Virus record (IMG/VR): IMGVR_UViG_3300035698_035366
Coordinates: 1 to 64,000 of that record
Strand: one strand, 5' to 3'
DNA: 64,000 nucleotides
Positions 56,739 to 64,000 of this stretch are shown here, piece by piece; within the stretch, counting starts at the first letter, position 1; every line of letters starts with the position of its first letter. Under the pieces are notes generated by a model that saw nothing but the letters and a program-made list of their open reading frames with translations, was not told the origin of the DNA and made no database searches. Both the position numbers and the translations under genes were made by a program.

Positions 56739-57297
56739 ATTGATATAAAGGAACGTTCCTAGAAATAGCCCATTGGCTTGCTTCTAGATAAGAATCAGAC
56801 CACATCAAATCGTCGTTTGTCTCAATAAACCATTTAGAATTAGGTTTATAATCTAGTATTTTTGTAGAAAATTCCTTTCCGCCTGGGACTTCATATTTAA
56901 TAATCTTATTAATTTTTTCATTAAACATGAAACCAAATGTGTAAACATCAGTGATATCTGTAAAATAAATTTTCGCAATTTTATCAACAGATTTACGAAC
57001 ATCACCAACAAATTTAGTCTTACCAACACAGAGATTATTAATATTATTCATAAAATCATCTACATAAAATATATTATCTCTTGATCCGCTTCGCCATCCA
57101 CCCCCAGCATTAATGATATATTTTGCTTTTTTCAAAGCTGACTTAGTTGTAATTTTCAAAGGTCGCCCGTATACAAGCATATAATAATTGTATTTTTTAC
57201 TTTGTAACAGTATTTGGGTTCCCAAATTCAAATGGATACAATATTGATATGTACCAAATGGTAAACATTTCCTACCGGTTTTTGACATTTTGAACAT
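56728..57297 (-). CDS. Hypothetical protein, 189 aa
   Basis: Preceded by TTGACA-17-TAACAT on the minus strand (57349-57321). Confidence 0.6.
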   Translation of the reverse strand: MFKMSKTGRKCLPFGTYQYCIHLNLGTQILLQSKKYNYYMLVYGRPLKITTKSALKKAKYIINAGGGWRSGSRDNIFYVDDFMNNINNLCVGKTKFVGDVRKSVDKIAKIYFTDITDVYTFGFMFNEKINKIIKYEVPGGKEFSTKILDYKPNSKWFIETNDDLMWSDSYLEASQWAISRNVPLYQSIY

Positions 57298-57320
57298 CGA
57301 ATATTCCCTAATTTCTTATA

Positions 57321-57393
57321 ATGTTACAGTAAACTATAGTAATTGTCAACTAATTATTTATATATTGACCTTATATTAACTATACTGTATTGT
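57321..57393. promoter_or_regulatory. Divergent sigma70-type promoters
   Basis: Minus TTGACA-17-TAACAT (57349-57321); plus TTGACC-17-TATTGT (57365-57393). Confidence 0.5.
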
Positions 57394-57429
57394 AAAGATA
57401 ATAAAAAATCCATAAAGGAGAACAAAAAT

Positions 57430-58317
57430 ATGGCGCAAGCTAATTGGCAAAAGTCAATGAGTAATACTATGATTACTGAACGGACCGGAGACCGTCAACG
57501 GTTCCAACCACAAACAATTGACATAACGTTAGAAGAACGAGATTATACAAGGCTTCGACAGTATATCCAAGCCGAGACAGGTTTTTATAACGCTATTAAT
57601 AACATATTCGCTCCCAAATTGCGAGGGTTCCCGCATGAATTGGTTGAGCTTGACGAAAGATTTGAAAAATTGTTTATCGATCTTTCTTATACTGGTTTCA
57701 ATTTGCGAGATGTCATTTACAGAAACAAAGAAACTGCTGAACTACCAGATGAACTAGAAAAACATAGAGATTTTATTTACGGAAAAAATAGTACCGGAAA
57801 TAGATTAGTTACTGAATCATTTGTTATTATGACTGAAGAATTTGGAAAAGGTCATTTTGTTCATCCGTTGGTTAAAAAAAGAATGGCAACGGAAATGTTT
57901 AGGTTTTACGTTAAACAAGCTAAAAATATTATGCAAACTGTTCGAAACCGAGAAGGTGAACTCGAACTCCGTGACACTGGTGAACTACTTGAACCAATGG
58001 ATACCATTAGAAAACGACATCTACAAATACCTAGAGAAATCGTAGATATTAAATGGGACAAAGATAAAGAAGAAACAATAATCACCAACCCATTTTGTTC
58101 ACCTATTAAATTTAGACATAATAATATACTAGCTGATAAGGGATGGAATCTTATGATTCTGCACCAAGAGCCTGGAAAAATGGCTTTAGGATTTACTCCA
58201 TGGGTGATAGATATTCGACATTCAAAGGCATTATACTTACTCAAATATGTTGATGTACGTTCTCCTAACGGAGGAGGAGCATTTTTTACTGCAAAATCCG
58301 GTGCAGGAAAGCATTAA
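57430..58317 (+). CDS. Hypothetical protein, 295 aa; tentative TnpB/Cas12f WED-REC-like protein without RuvC
   Basis: AAGGAG RBS before ATG 57430, so the CDS itself is secure. The TnpB resemblance is by-eye only (see findings); confidence refers to that call. Confidence 0.4.
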   Translation: MAQANWQKSMSNTMITERTGDRQRFQPQTIDITLEERDYTRLRQYIQAETGFYNAINNIFAPKLRGFPHELVELDERFEKLFIDLSYTGFNLRDVIYRNKETAELPDELEKHRDFIYGKNSTGNRLVTESFVIMTEEFGKGHFVHPLVKKRMATEMFRFYVKQAKNIMQTVRNREGELELRDTGELLEPMDTIRKRHLQIPREIVDIKWDKDKEETIITNPFCSPIKFRHNNILADKGWNLMILHQEPGKMALGFTPWVIDIRHSKALYLLKYVDVRSPNGGGAFFTAKSGAGKH

Positions 58318-58362
58318 AAATCAATTGTTTAATAAGCTAGAAAATTAATTACTATATACTTA

Positions 58363-58430
58363 TAGGCATATCATTTAGGCACACTAATCAACTACCGATC
58401 AACTACTAATCATAGGCACATTTTAGGCAC
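58363..58430 (+). repeat. Cluster of short direct repeats: 4 x TAGGCA and 2 x ATCAACTAC
   Basis: TAGGCA at 58363, 58376, 58413, 58424; ATCAACTAC at 58387 and 58398. Confidence 0.75.
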
Positions 58431-58451
58431 CAGCCATAATATCAAGTCGTG

Positions 58452-58483
58452 AAAAAAGCGACCCGAAAGTCGCTTTCTATTTT
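58452..58483. terminator. Bidirectional intrinsic terminator
   Basis: AAAGCGAC-CCGAAA-GTCGCTTT stem with a U-rich tract on both strands (TTTCTATTTT plus; TTTTTT minus). Confidence 0.7.
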
Positions 58484-58539
58484 GATTGTGTGTAATTTTT
58501 ACACCAATCAAAAAACCACAACGTTATATGACACTTCGC

Positions 58540-59070
58540 AGCGTCACAAGTATTTAGCATACTTGTTATTTGCAGACTCGGAAATAAGAGACCTGAGAAG
58601 TGACTACGTCGCTAGAGCATAGTGACTGATCCCCCTCATTGCGGTTGTGGGCAGTGATAGGGCCAGGAAAGTCATCGAAACCCTGGGAAGGATAGAAGAT
58701 AGGAACGCTGCCTGTCGCTATTGTTCGAGAATCTAAGCCTGTGCTAAGGTCAACTGCTGACTATGTGCCGCTTAGTACAAATCCAGAGTCCAGACTAAAA
58801 ATCTGGAACGTTTCCCTCTATTGGTCGCTGATATGAGCTGATAGAATGGCCGAAGCTGTAGGTTAAATCAAACCTCAGACCGTCGTGTTGGATAGAGTAA
58901 AATTCGGGAGGCTGCATCGTAGTTCGAAAGAAGTAAGGTTGTAATGGCACACCTGGTGACCGTAAGATGCACATGTCAGAAGAATATTCTATTTTTTATC
59001 TATTTTTTTCTCCACCTTTTGGGGGCGGGGGAGGAAGAGTCTGAAAAGAATTAGGATAAGAAAAGAATTA
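58540..59070 (+). ncRNA. Candidate large structured non-coding RNA, family not recognised
   Basis: No ORF in the track; GC-richer than flanks; at least 7 helices found by eye, several with G-U pairs that favour the plus strand; GAAA-capped stem; purine-rich linkers. Confidence 0.5.
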
Positions 59071-59310
59071 AAACACTTCGTGTTTACCAATGGGGATGAT
59101 TAAAGGAAGCAAGCCGTGCTTGCTTCTAATTTAGCAGTAATATCATTCGCGTAGCTCATGCAATTACTGCTAAATTGGTTTACTTATTAATTAATTCGTT
59201 TAATTATATGATAATTTGTAACTATATAAAATGATTATAGTATTCTTTAATGAAACGTTAGTGCAATGCTAAGAATACTATAATCCGTTTGAAGCGAAGC
59301 TTCTAACGTA
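59071..59310. other. Cluster of perfect inverted repeats / DNA hairpins (possible origin or ssDNA signal)
   Basis: Stems of 6, 9, 14, 15 and 5 bp; GCGAAGC at 59294, GCGTAGC at 59149, C-GAA-G triloop on the minus strand at 59071-59085. Confidence 0.6.
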
Positions 59311-59372
59311 ATAGTTATATAAAAAATCATAAAAAAGCGTTTCACTATGTTGGAGGAGGTTCTGAGTAGAAT

Positions 59373-59567
59373 TTATATTAACGGCATACTAGAATTTTTA
59401 GTATTTTCAATATTTTCTTCAATTATGTGGTGTATGATCTTTCTTTCCTTATAACTTAATCTCCAACCATCCTCTCTAGATATGGAGCCACGCATGTACC
59501 AACAGATATGATAGATCGTATCCATCAACTGCATTTCTTCATTCTCCATTTGCTTTAATAAGTCCAA
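59373..59567 (-). CDS. Tail/baseplate assembly chaperone C-terminal ORF (gp51-like or GT-type frameshift extension)
   Basis: ICWYMRGSISREDGWRLSYKERKII motif; TTG start only; frame is open back to the slippery site at 59609-59603. Confidence 0.7.
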   Translation of the reverse strand: MDLLKQMENEEMQLMDTIYHICWYMRGSISREDGWRLSYKERKIIHHIIEENIENTKNSSMPLI

Positions 59568-59599
59568 GATCTCCTGAGGAGATAGATAACGGAGTCTTG

Positions 59600-60574
59600 T
59601 TATAAAAAATTTGCAGGATTAAACTCTAATGGTATATCCCATTTATGTCCACATTTTCTACATACAACTTCATGCTCTGTTGGTACAGTTTTAATTCCTG
59701 TAACACTATCAACTTTATCCTGTATTACCTTTTGATCCCTAGCTGGTAATGATACCATAAACTCATTGATAAAATCTCGATTTGTTATTTCTTGACCATC
59801 TGGCATAATAATGTGAGTAATTGATTTAGCAGCCAAATTAAGTTTAACATCATTAAGTCTGTCAATTGTATCACCGAACGCTTTAATTGAACTGATATCT
59901 TCACCCTTATCTTCTAACAATTTGAAATGTTCGATTTTCTTTGATTCTTGGAATGCGATTTGTTGAGCAATAAAGATATTTTCTAGATCATATTGTTTAA
60001 CAAATACGTTTAAGTCTTTCATTTGTACAGAATATGGTGGATCCAATGGTTCAATTCCTGACATTAAATTGCGTATATCAATTTGGTATGAATTTTCTGC
60101 TTCACAGTCTGGACATTTTGTTTGAATTTCGTAATCATCTCCGTAAGTAACTGCACGAATCGCCATCATAATTATATCAATATCAGCTTGAACTAAACTT
60201 CGTGTATGAATAATACAAGGAACGCAACTCTTAATTGCATTTTCTGTTGCTCGTCCACTCATAATAGCATCAGGGTTCTTAAATAATAATTCATCCGCGG
60301 CAGTCATTGGAAAAATTTCAACTTCACCTGAAATCGTTAAATCGATATCACTATCGGCATACCATACAAGTTGACTTGGTAATTTAATAGTCATTCCTGG
60401 CGCTCTAAAATAGCTACTTAAAGGATTACCTGGCTTTGTTGGTGTTGCTTTTGTTTCTGGGGCTCTTGTGGATGGATTATTAATGTTTTGAGTCTTGGGT
60501 TCTTCCCAATCGTCATCTAATTGTTTTATATTACCCATATGTGGCATTTGTGTTGGATCAAATTCGTTGCTCAT
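59600..60574 (-). CDS. Baseplate hub / tail assembly chaperone (gp26-like), 324 aa
   Basis: NPLSSYFRAP, IKLPS, PMTAADELLFKNPDA, DIDIIMMAIRAVTYG, CPDC and CRKC Zn-binding pairs, EFNPANF end. Confidence 0.8.
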   Translation of the reverse strand: MSNEFDPTQMPHMGNIKQLDDDWEEPKTQNINNPSTRAPETKATPTKPGNPLSSYFRAPGMTIKLPSQLVWYADSDIDLTISGEVEIFPMTAADELLFKNPDAIMSGRATENAIKSCVPCIIHTRSLVQADIDIIMMAIRAVTYGDDYEIQTKCPDCEAENSYQIDIRNLMSGIEPLDPPYSVQMKDLNVFVKQYDLENIFIAQQIAFQESKKIEHFKLLEDKGEDISSIKAFGDTIDRLNDVKLNLAAKSITHIIMPDGQEITNRDFINEFMVSLPARDQKVIQDKVDSVTGIKTVPTEHEVVCRKCGHKWDIPLEFNPANFL

Positions 60575-60607
60575 TTTAATATCCTTAGAATTAAATACTG
60601 TTATTAT

Positions 60608-60615
60608 TATTTATA
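60608..60615 (-). promoter_or_regulatory. T4-type late promoter TATAAATA
   Basis: Perfect match 33 nt upstream of 60574. Confidence 0.65.
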
Positions 60616-60685
60616 GCTAGTGAAAACTACGTAGTTAATTCTTACATAAATATATTATATGTAATTAAATTTTATGGTATAGTAA

Positions 60686-62989
60686 ATGTCTGATATAGAC
60701 TCTCTAATCGACGCGATATATGGTATGACAAATGCGGTTTCAAAAAATACAACCGGTCAAGGCTCTGTATCTTTGAAAGATAATCCCGAAAAAGCTGCTG
60801 GGATACTGAGTTCTTCAATGGGTATCGCTACGAAATCACTAATTGAATTTAATAGTGAAACATCATCTGTGACAACAGAGGTTAATAGATTTAGTAGCAA
60901 TATTAGTAAGATACCATTAATTGGTGTTGCTGTATCAGCACTTGGTGTTGGAACCGCCATGGGAATATTAGCAGGTGCTACTCAAAAGTTATATGATAGT
61001 TGGGTCGACTTATATAAAGTAGGTGCAGTTGATGGAATGACTGGGCTAACTGAGTTGGGTAAAATCGCAAGTGATTCATATCAATCACTTGAGGAATTTA
61101 CAAATTCAGCGCGTGAATCAGCTAAAGTTGTTGCTGAATTGGGTTTGAAAGGTTTTTCAGAATTACAAACAGATGTTCGTCTGGCTGCACGAGAATTTGG
61201 TAGTTTTGGTATGCAAATCAGTGAACAGAATGAAGCATTGGGTGAATTTTTGGAAGTACAAAGAACGTTGGGTACCATTGAGAATATAAACAGGGGCCAA
61301 GCAATTTCAGATTTTATTAATTTGAGCTCGGCAACTTCGGCTTTGGCACATGCAACTGGTCGGTCACGTGATCAAATTGCGAAACAAACCGCTGAAAATA
61401 TGAAAAATAACACCTCGTTATATGGCTTTTTAAATACACTACCGAGTGGAATTAAACAATCTGTCACCGCTTCAGCTCAAGGAGCCATGAGTGTGTTTGC
61501 ATCATTGGGTGAACAGACCGGTGGGGATTTAAATAAAATATTGAGTGGTACCCTGGCAACGGGATCAGCGGGATTGGCTAATGGTATGGCTGAAATACAA
61601 GCCTTTATACCGGGTGTTGTGCGAGGTTTTGATGGATTACAAGGAGCGATCCGAAGCGGTGATCTTGAAGCTGCCCAAGAAGGTGCTATTGGTGTTGTTG
61701 AAGAAATAAAGAAAATGGGACCAGCGCAAGCGCAACAACTTGCAATGCTTGCAGAGCGCGGAAACCAAGCTGCTCAACAAATTTTAGCAATGTCGCAAAG
61801 TGCTGAAACTTTCAATTCTGATCAATTGCGTCGTAGTATACGTGATAAAGAACAGTTTACATCAACAAACCAATTCTTTGGTAACTTTAATCAAAACATG
61901 AAAGTGATTACGAGTCAACTAAGGAGAGTGTTTTTTGCTGTTTTAGAACCAATAATGGCATCATTTGGTAGTTCAGATACTGATGCATTTTCTGATTTTA
62001 CTGATTCAGTACGTATATTTGTTGATGATAACATTATCCCTATGTCAGAACGTCTTGGTGAATGGTTGGCAGATGACGGTATACCAAAAGCTATGGGTAA
62101 AATTGCAGATTGGTATGATGGTTTATTTGAAGGGGTGGCTGGAACAGACCCAGGGAAAAAATTTACTAATTGGATAGATGGTATTTTTGCATCAGCTGAT
62201 GGTAAAGCTGCTACTGGAATTTTGAATGGCCTTGGAAATATGTTTGAAAACATAGGTATTAAGCTTAAAGAAATTTTCTTTGGATCAACAAAGGAAATTG
62301 AAGGTGTGATGAAAACATTACCTGGAGTTTTTGGTGATCCTGGAGATTGGGAAGCTATAAAGAAATATGTTAGTGGTTTTATTGAAGGTATAAAAAATAC
62401 TTTTGCTTCTTTTGGTGAGTTGACAAAAGAAGACGTTGCAAAAAAAATATCCGAAGTGATTAATAGTGTAATTACAGCTTTTGCGGCTTTTCCAGAATTT
62501 ATTGATAATTTTATTGCTTCTTTTATCGGTAGCAAGTTTTTCTCTGATGAAACTGTTGAAGATGCTGAAAAAAGAATTAAAGATAGAGCAATAGCAAAAT
62601 TGGAAGCCGAAACAACTGATATTCTTAATAATCCCAAAACCGATCCGAAGAGTAAATATAATCTAGAAATGAAGGAACAGGAAAGAGTTAAAACGGATGT
62701 ATCAAACAGAGATTCTGGTGGATGGTTTTCCTTACCTACAAAACCAGAAGAACAACGTGGCCCAACGATACAAGATAGTCTTCAAAAAATGATTGCAGCA
62801 AGACAAGATGGTGGTTTGGATAGCAATGAATTAAAAGAAATTAAAGCTGCCATCGCAAAGCTTGGCGTTCCTTTAGAAAAAGCAAATGATGCAATGCAAT
62901 ATTTGGCAAGTGTTAAACCTGGTGAGTTGAATGCTGCGACCGCCGCGGTTGAATTAAATGGAAGAATACTTAGAGTTGCTAGAGAATAA
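60686..62989 (+). CDS. Tape-measure-like protein, 767 aa
   Basis: Helical, A/G/S/Q-rich composition; next to tail chaperone and portal genes. Confidence 0.65.
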   Translation: MSDIDSLIDAIYGMTNAVSKNTTGQGSVSLKDNPEKAAGILSSSMGIATKSLIEFNSETSSVTTEVNRFSSNISKIPLIGVAVSALGVGTAMGILAGATQKLYDSWVDLYKVGAVDGMTGLTELGKIASDSYQSLEEFTNSARESAKVVAELGLKGFSELQTDVRLAAREFGSFGMQISEQNEALGEFLEVQRTLGTIENINRGQAISDFINLSSATSALAHATGRSRDQIAKQTAENMKNNTSLYGFLNTLPSGIKQSVTASAQGAMSVFASLGEQTGGDLNKILSGTLATGSAGLANGMAEIQAFIPGVVRGFDGLQGAIRSGDLEAAQEGAIGVVEEIKKMGPAQAQQLAMLAERGNQAAQQILAMSQSAETFNSDQLRRSIRDKEQFTSTNQFFGNFNQNMKVITSQLRRVFFAVLEPIMASFGSSDTDAFSDFTDSVRIFVDDNIIPMSERLGEWLADDGIPKAMGKIADWYDGLFEGVAGTDPGKKFTNWIDGIFASADGKAATGILNGLGNMFENIGIKLKEIFFGSTKEIEGVMKTLPGVFGDPGDWEAIKKYVSGFIEGIKNTFASFGELTKEDVAKKISEVINSVITAFAAFPEFIDNFIASFIGSKFFSDETVEDAEKRIKDRAIAKLEAETTDILNNPKTDPKSKYNLEMKEQERVKTDVSNRDSGGWFSLPTKPEEQRGPTIQDSLQKMIAARQDGGLDSNELKEIKAAIAKLGVPLEKANDAMQYLASVKPGELNAATAAVELNGRILRVARE

Positions 62990-63042
62990 TGACTAATACT
63001 ATAAACAATAAATACTATGTAATTAACTTTTAGGTTGAAAAT

Positions 63043-64000
63043 ATGAGCTGGAAAAAACATTTGGCTGCCGTACCACAAGGGCAAAAACTCCAAGCTGCAA
63101 TTGATAGAATGCACGCTAATATGGATAATGAAGCCATTACTGGTACGAGTGGTAAATTTACTTCTTATCTACCAGAAGTTTATTCTGGGCAAGATAACCG
63201 TATTGAAAGATACGGTCAATATTTGAACATGGATAAAGATCCAGCCGTCAATGCTGCATTGGATACCATTTCATATTTCTGTACACAAACTGAAGAAGAA
63301 TCACCTTTGATGTTCAAAATTGATTACTTTGATAATGTCACTGATGCGGAAACAGAAGTGTTACAAGCTTCCCTTAGAAAATGGACATTAATCAATAAAT
63401 TCAAACAACGACTATTTGGTATTTTCAGAAAAACTATTATGTATGGTGATCAATTCTTTATTCGCGACCCAGAAACATTTGAACTGCATTGGGTCAATCA
63501 CGAAAATGTTGATAAGATAATTGTAGATGAGGCACAAGGAAAGAAACTTGATCAATTCATAGTTAGGGATTTGGATTTGAATCTGCAGACATTAGTAGCA
63601 ACTCAGCCTAGAAAAGGACGTGGTTCACAAGGACCAACAGGGTGGGCTGGAACGCCTAAGGCCGCTGGACCAGTCACTGTTCCATCATCAGCAGGTGGTT
63701 ATGGTACAAGGTTTGATACTGGTCAAGGTGAATATATTGATGCAAATCATGTTGTTCAATTCTCTCTTTCAGATGGACAAGACGCAAATTGGCCGTTTGG
63801 TTCTTCAATTTTGGAATCAGTTTTCAAACCATACAAGCAGAAAGAATTAATTGAAGATGCGGTTATCATTTATCGAGTTCAAAGAGCACCTGAACGTAGA
63901 GTATTTTATATTGATACTGGTAATGCACCCCCACATAAGGCTATGGAGTTCGTTAATCGAATTTCAAATGAAATACACCAACGACGTATACCAACACAGA
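63043..64000 (+). CDS. Portal vertex protein, T4 gp20-like, partial (runs off the window)
   Basis: Manual translation from ATG 63043: MSWKKHL...RIERYGQYLNMDKDPAVNAALD...YGDQFF...SILESVFKPYKQKELIEDAVIIYRVQRAPERRVFYIDTGN; no stop before 64000. Confidence 0.92.
   Translation, partial: MSWKKHLAAVPQGQKLQAAIDRMHANMDNEAITGTSGKFTSYLPEVYSGQDNRIERYGQYLNMDKDPAVNAALDTISYFCTQTEEESPLMFKIDYFDNVTDAETEVLQASLRKWTLINKFKQRLFGIFRKTIMYGDQFFIRDPETFELHWVNHENVDKIIVDEAQGKKLDQFIVRDLDLNLQTLVATQPRKGRGSQGPTGWAGTPKAAGPVTVPSSAGGYGTRFDTGQGEYIDANHVVQFSLSDGQDANWPFGSSILESVFKPYKQKELIEDAVIIYRVQRAPERRVFYIDTGNAPPHKAMEFVNRISNEIHQRRIPTQ

Noticed and set aside
57430-58317. Active IS200/IS605 element or Cas12 nuclease
   Set aside because: No RuvC catalytic motifs, Zn finger, tnpA or CRISPR array; at most the recognition half is present.
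58540-59070. Group I/II intron, RNase P RNA, tmRNA or tRNA cluster
   Set aside because: It interrupts no CDS; no group II domain V, no convincing group I P7 pair, no cloverleaf. GGAAAGTC (58666) resembles RNase P P4 but the 3' partner strand was not found.
1-64000. Alternative genetic code (stop-codon reassignment)
   Set aside because: Standard code gives long intact ORFs up to 4141 aa with tight gene packing.

Overview
This window is a 64-kb segment of a large T4-related (jumbo-type) myophage genome read in the standard genetic code; the lineage is inferred from gene content. Structural genes: two tail fibres sharing an N-terminal module, a 4141-aa giant virion protein, baseplate proteins resembling gp6, gp25, gp5 (with lysozyme) and gp53, a tail-chaperone/hub pair joined by a -1 slippery site, a tape-measure-like protein and the start of a gp20-like portal. 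Replication and transcription genes: gp55-like late sigma factor, gp47/gp46 nuclease, DHFR, ThyA and a DEDD exonuclease. An accessory block carries a MoxR-type AAA+ ATPase, a vWA-metallopeptidase, ClpP, an RNA ligase, a kinase-degenerate Pnkp-like phosphatase, an HNH nuclease, an Hc1-like protein and a cupin. Sigma70-type promoters precede accessory genes, and eight intergenic perfect TATAAATA T4-type late promoters were found. The most striking unexplained locus is 57430-59370. A 295-aa orphan that by eye resembles only the WED/REC (RNA-binding) half of TnpB/Cas12f, with no RuvC, is followed by a ~1 kb ORF-free stretch. That stretch holds iteron-like repeats, a bidirectional terminator, a ~500-nt multi-helix candidate ncRNA and a cluster of long DNA hairpins with GNA triloops. 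Other notable signals are mirror-image duplications in both coiled-coil arms of gp46, a gene flanked by identical 17-bp repeats and a dispersed small-protein family with a shared C-terminal motif. No CRISPR array, tRNA, reverse transcriptase or intact mobile element was seen. All family calls are from motif recognition by eye, not database searches.
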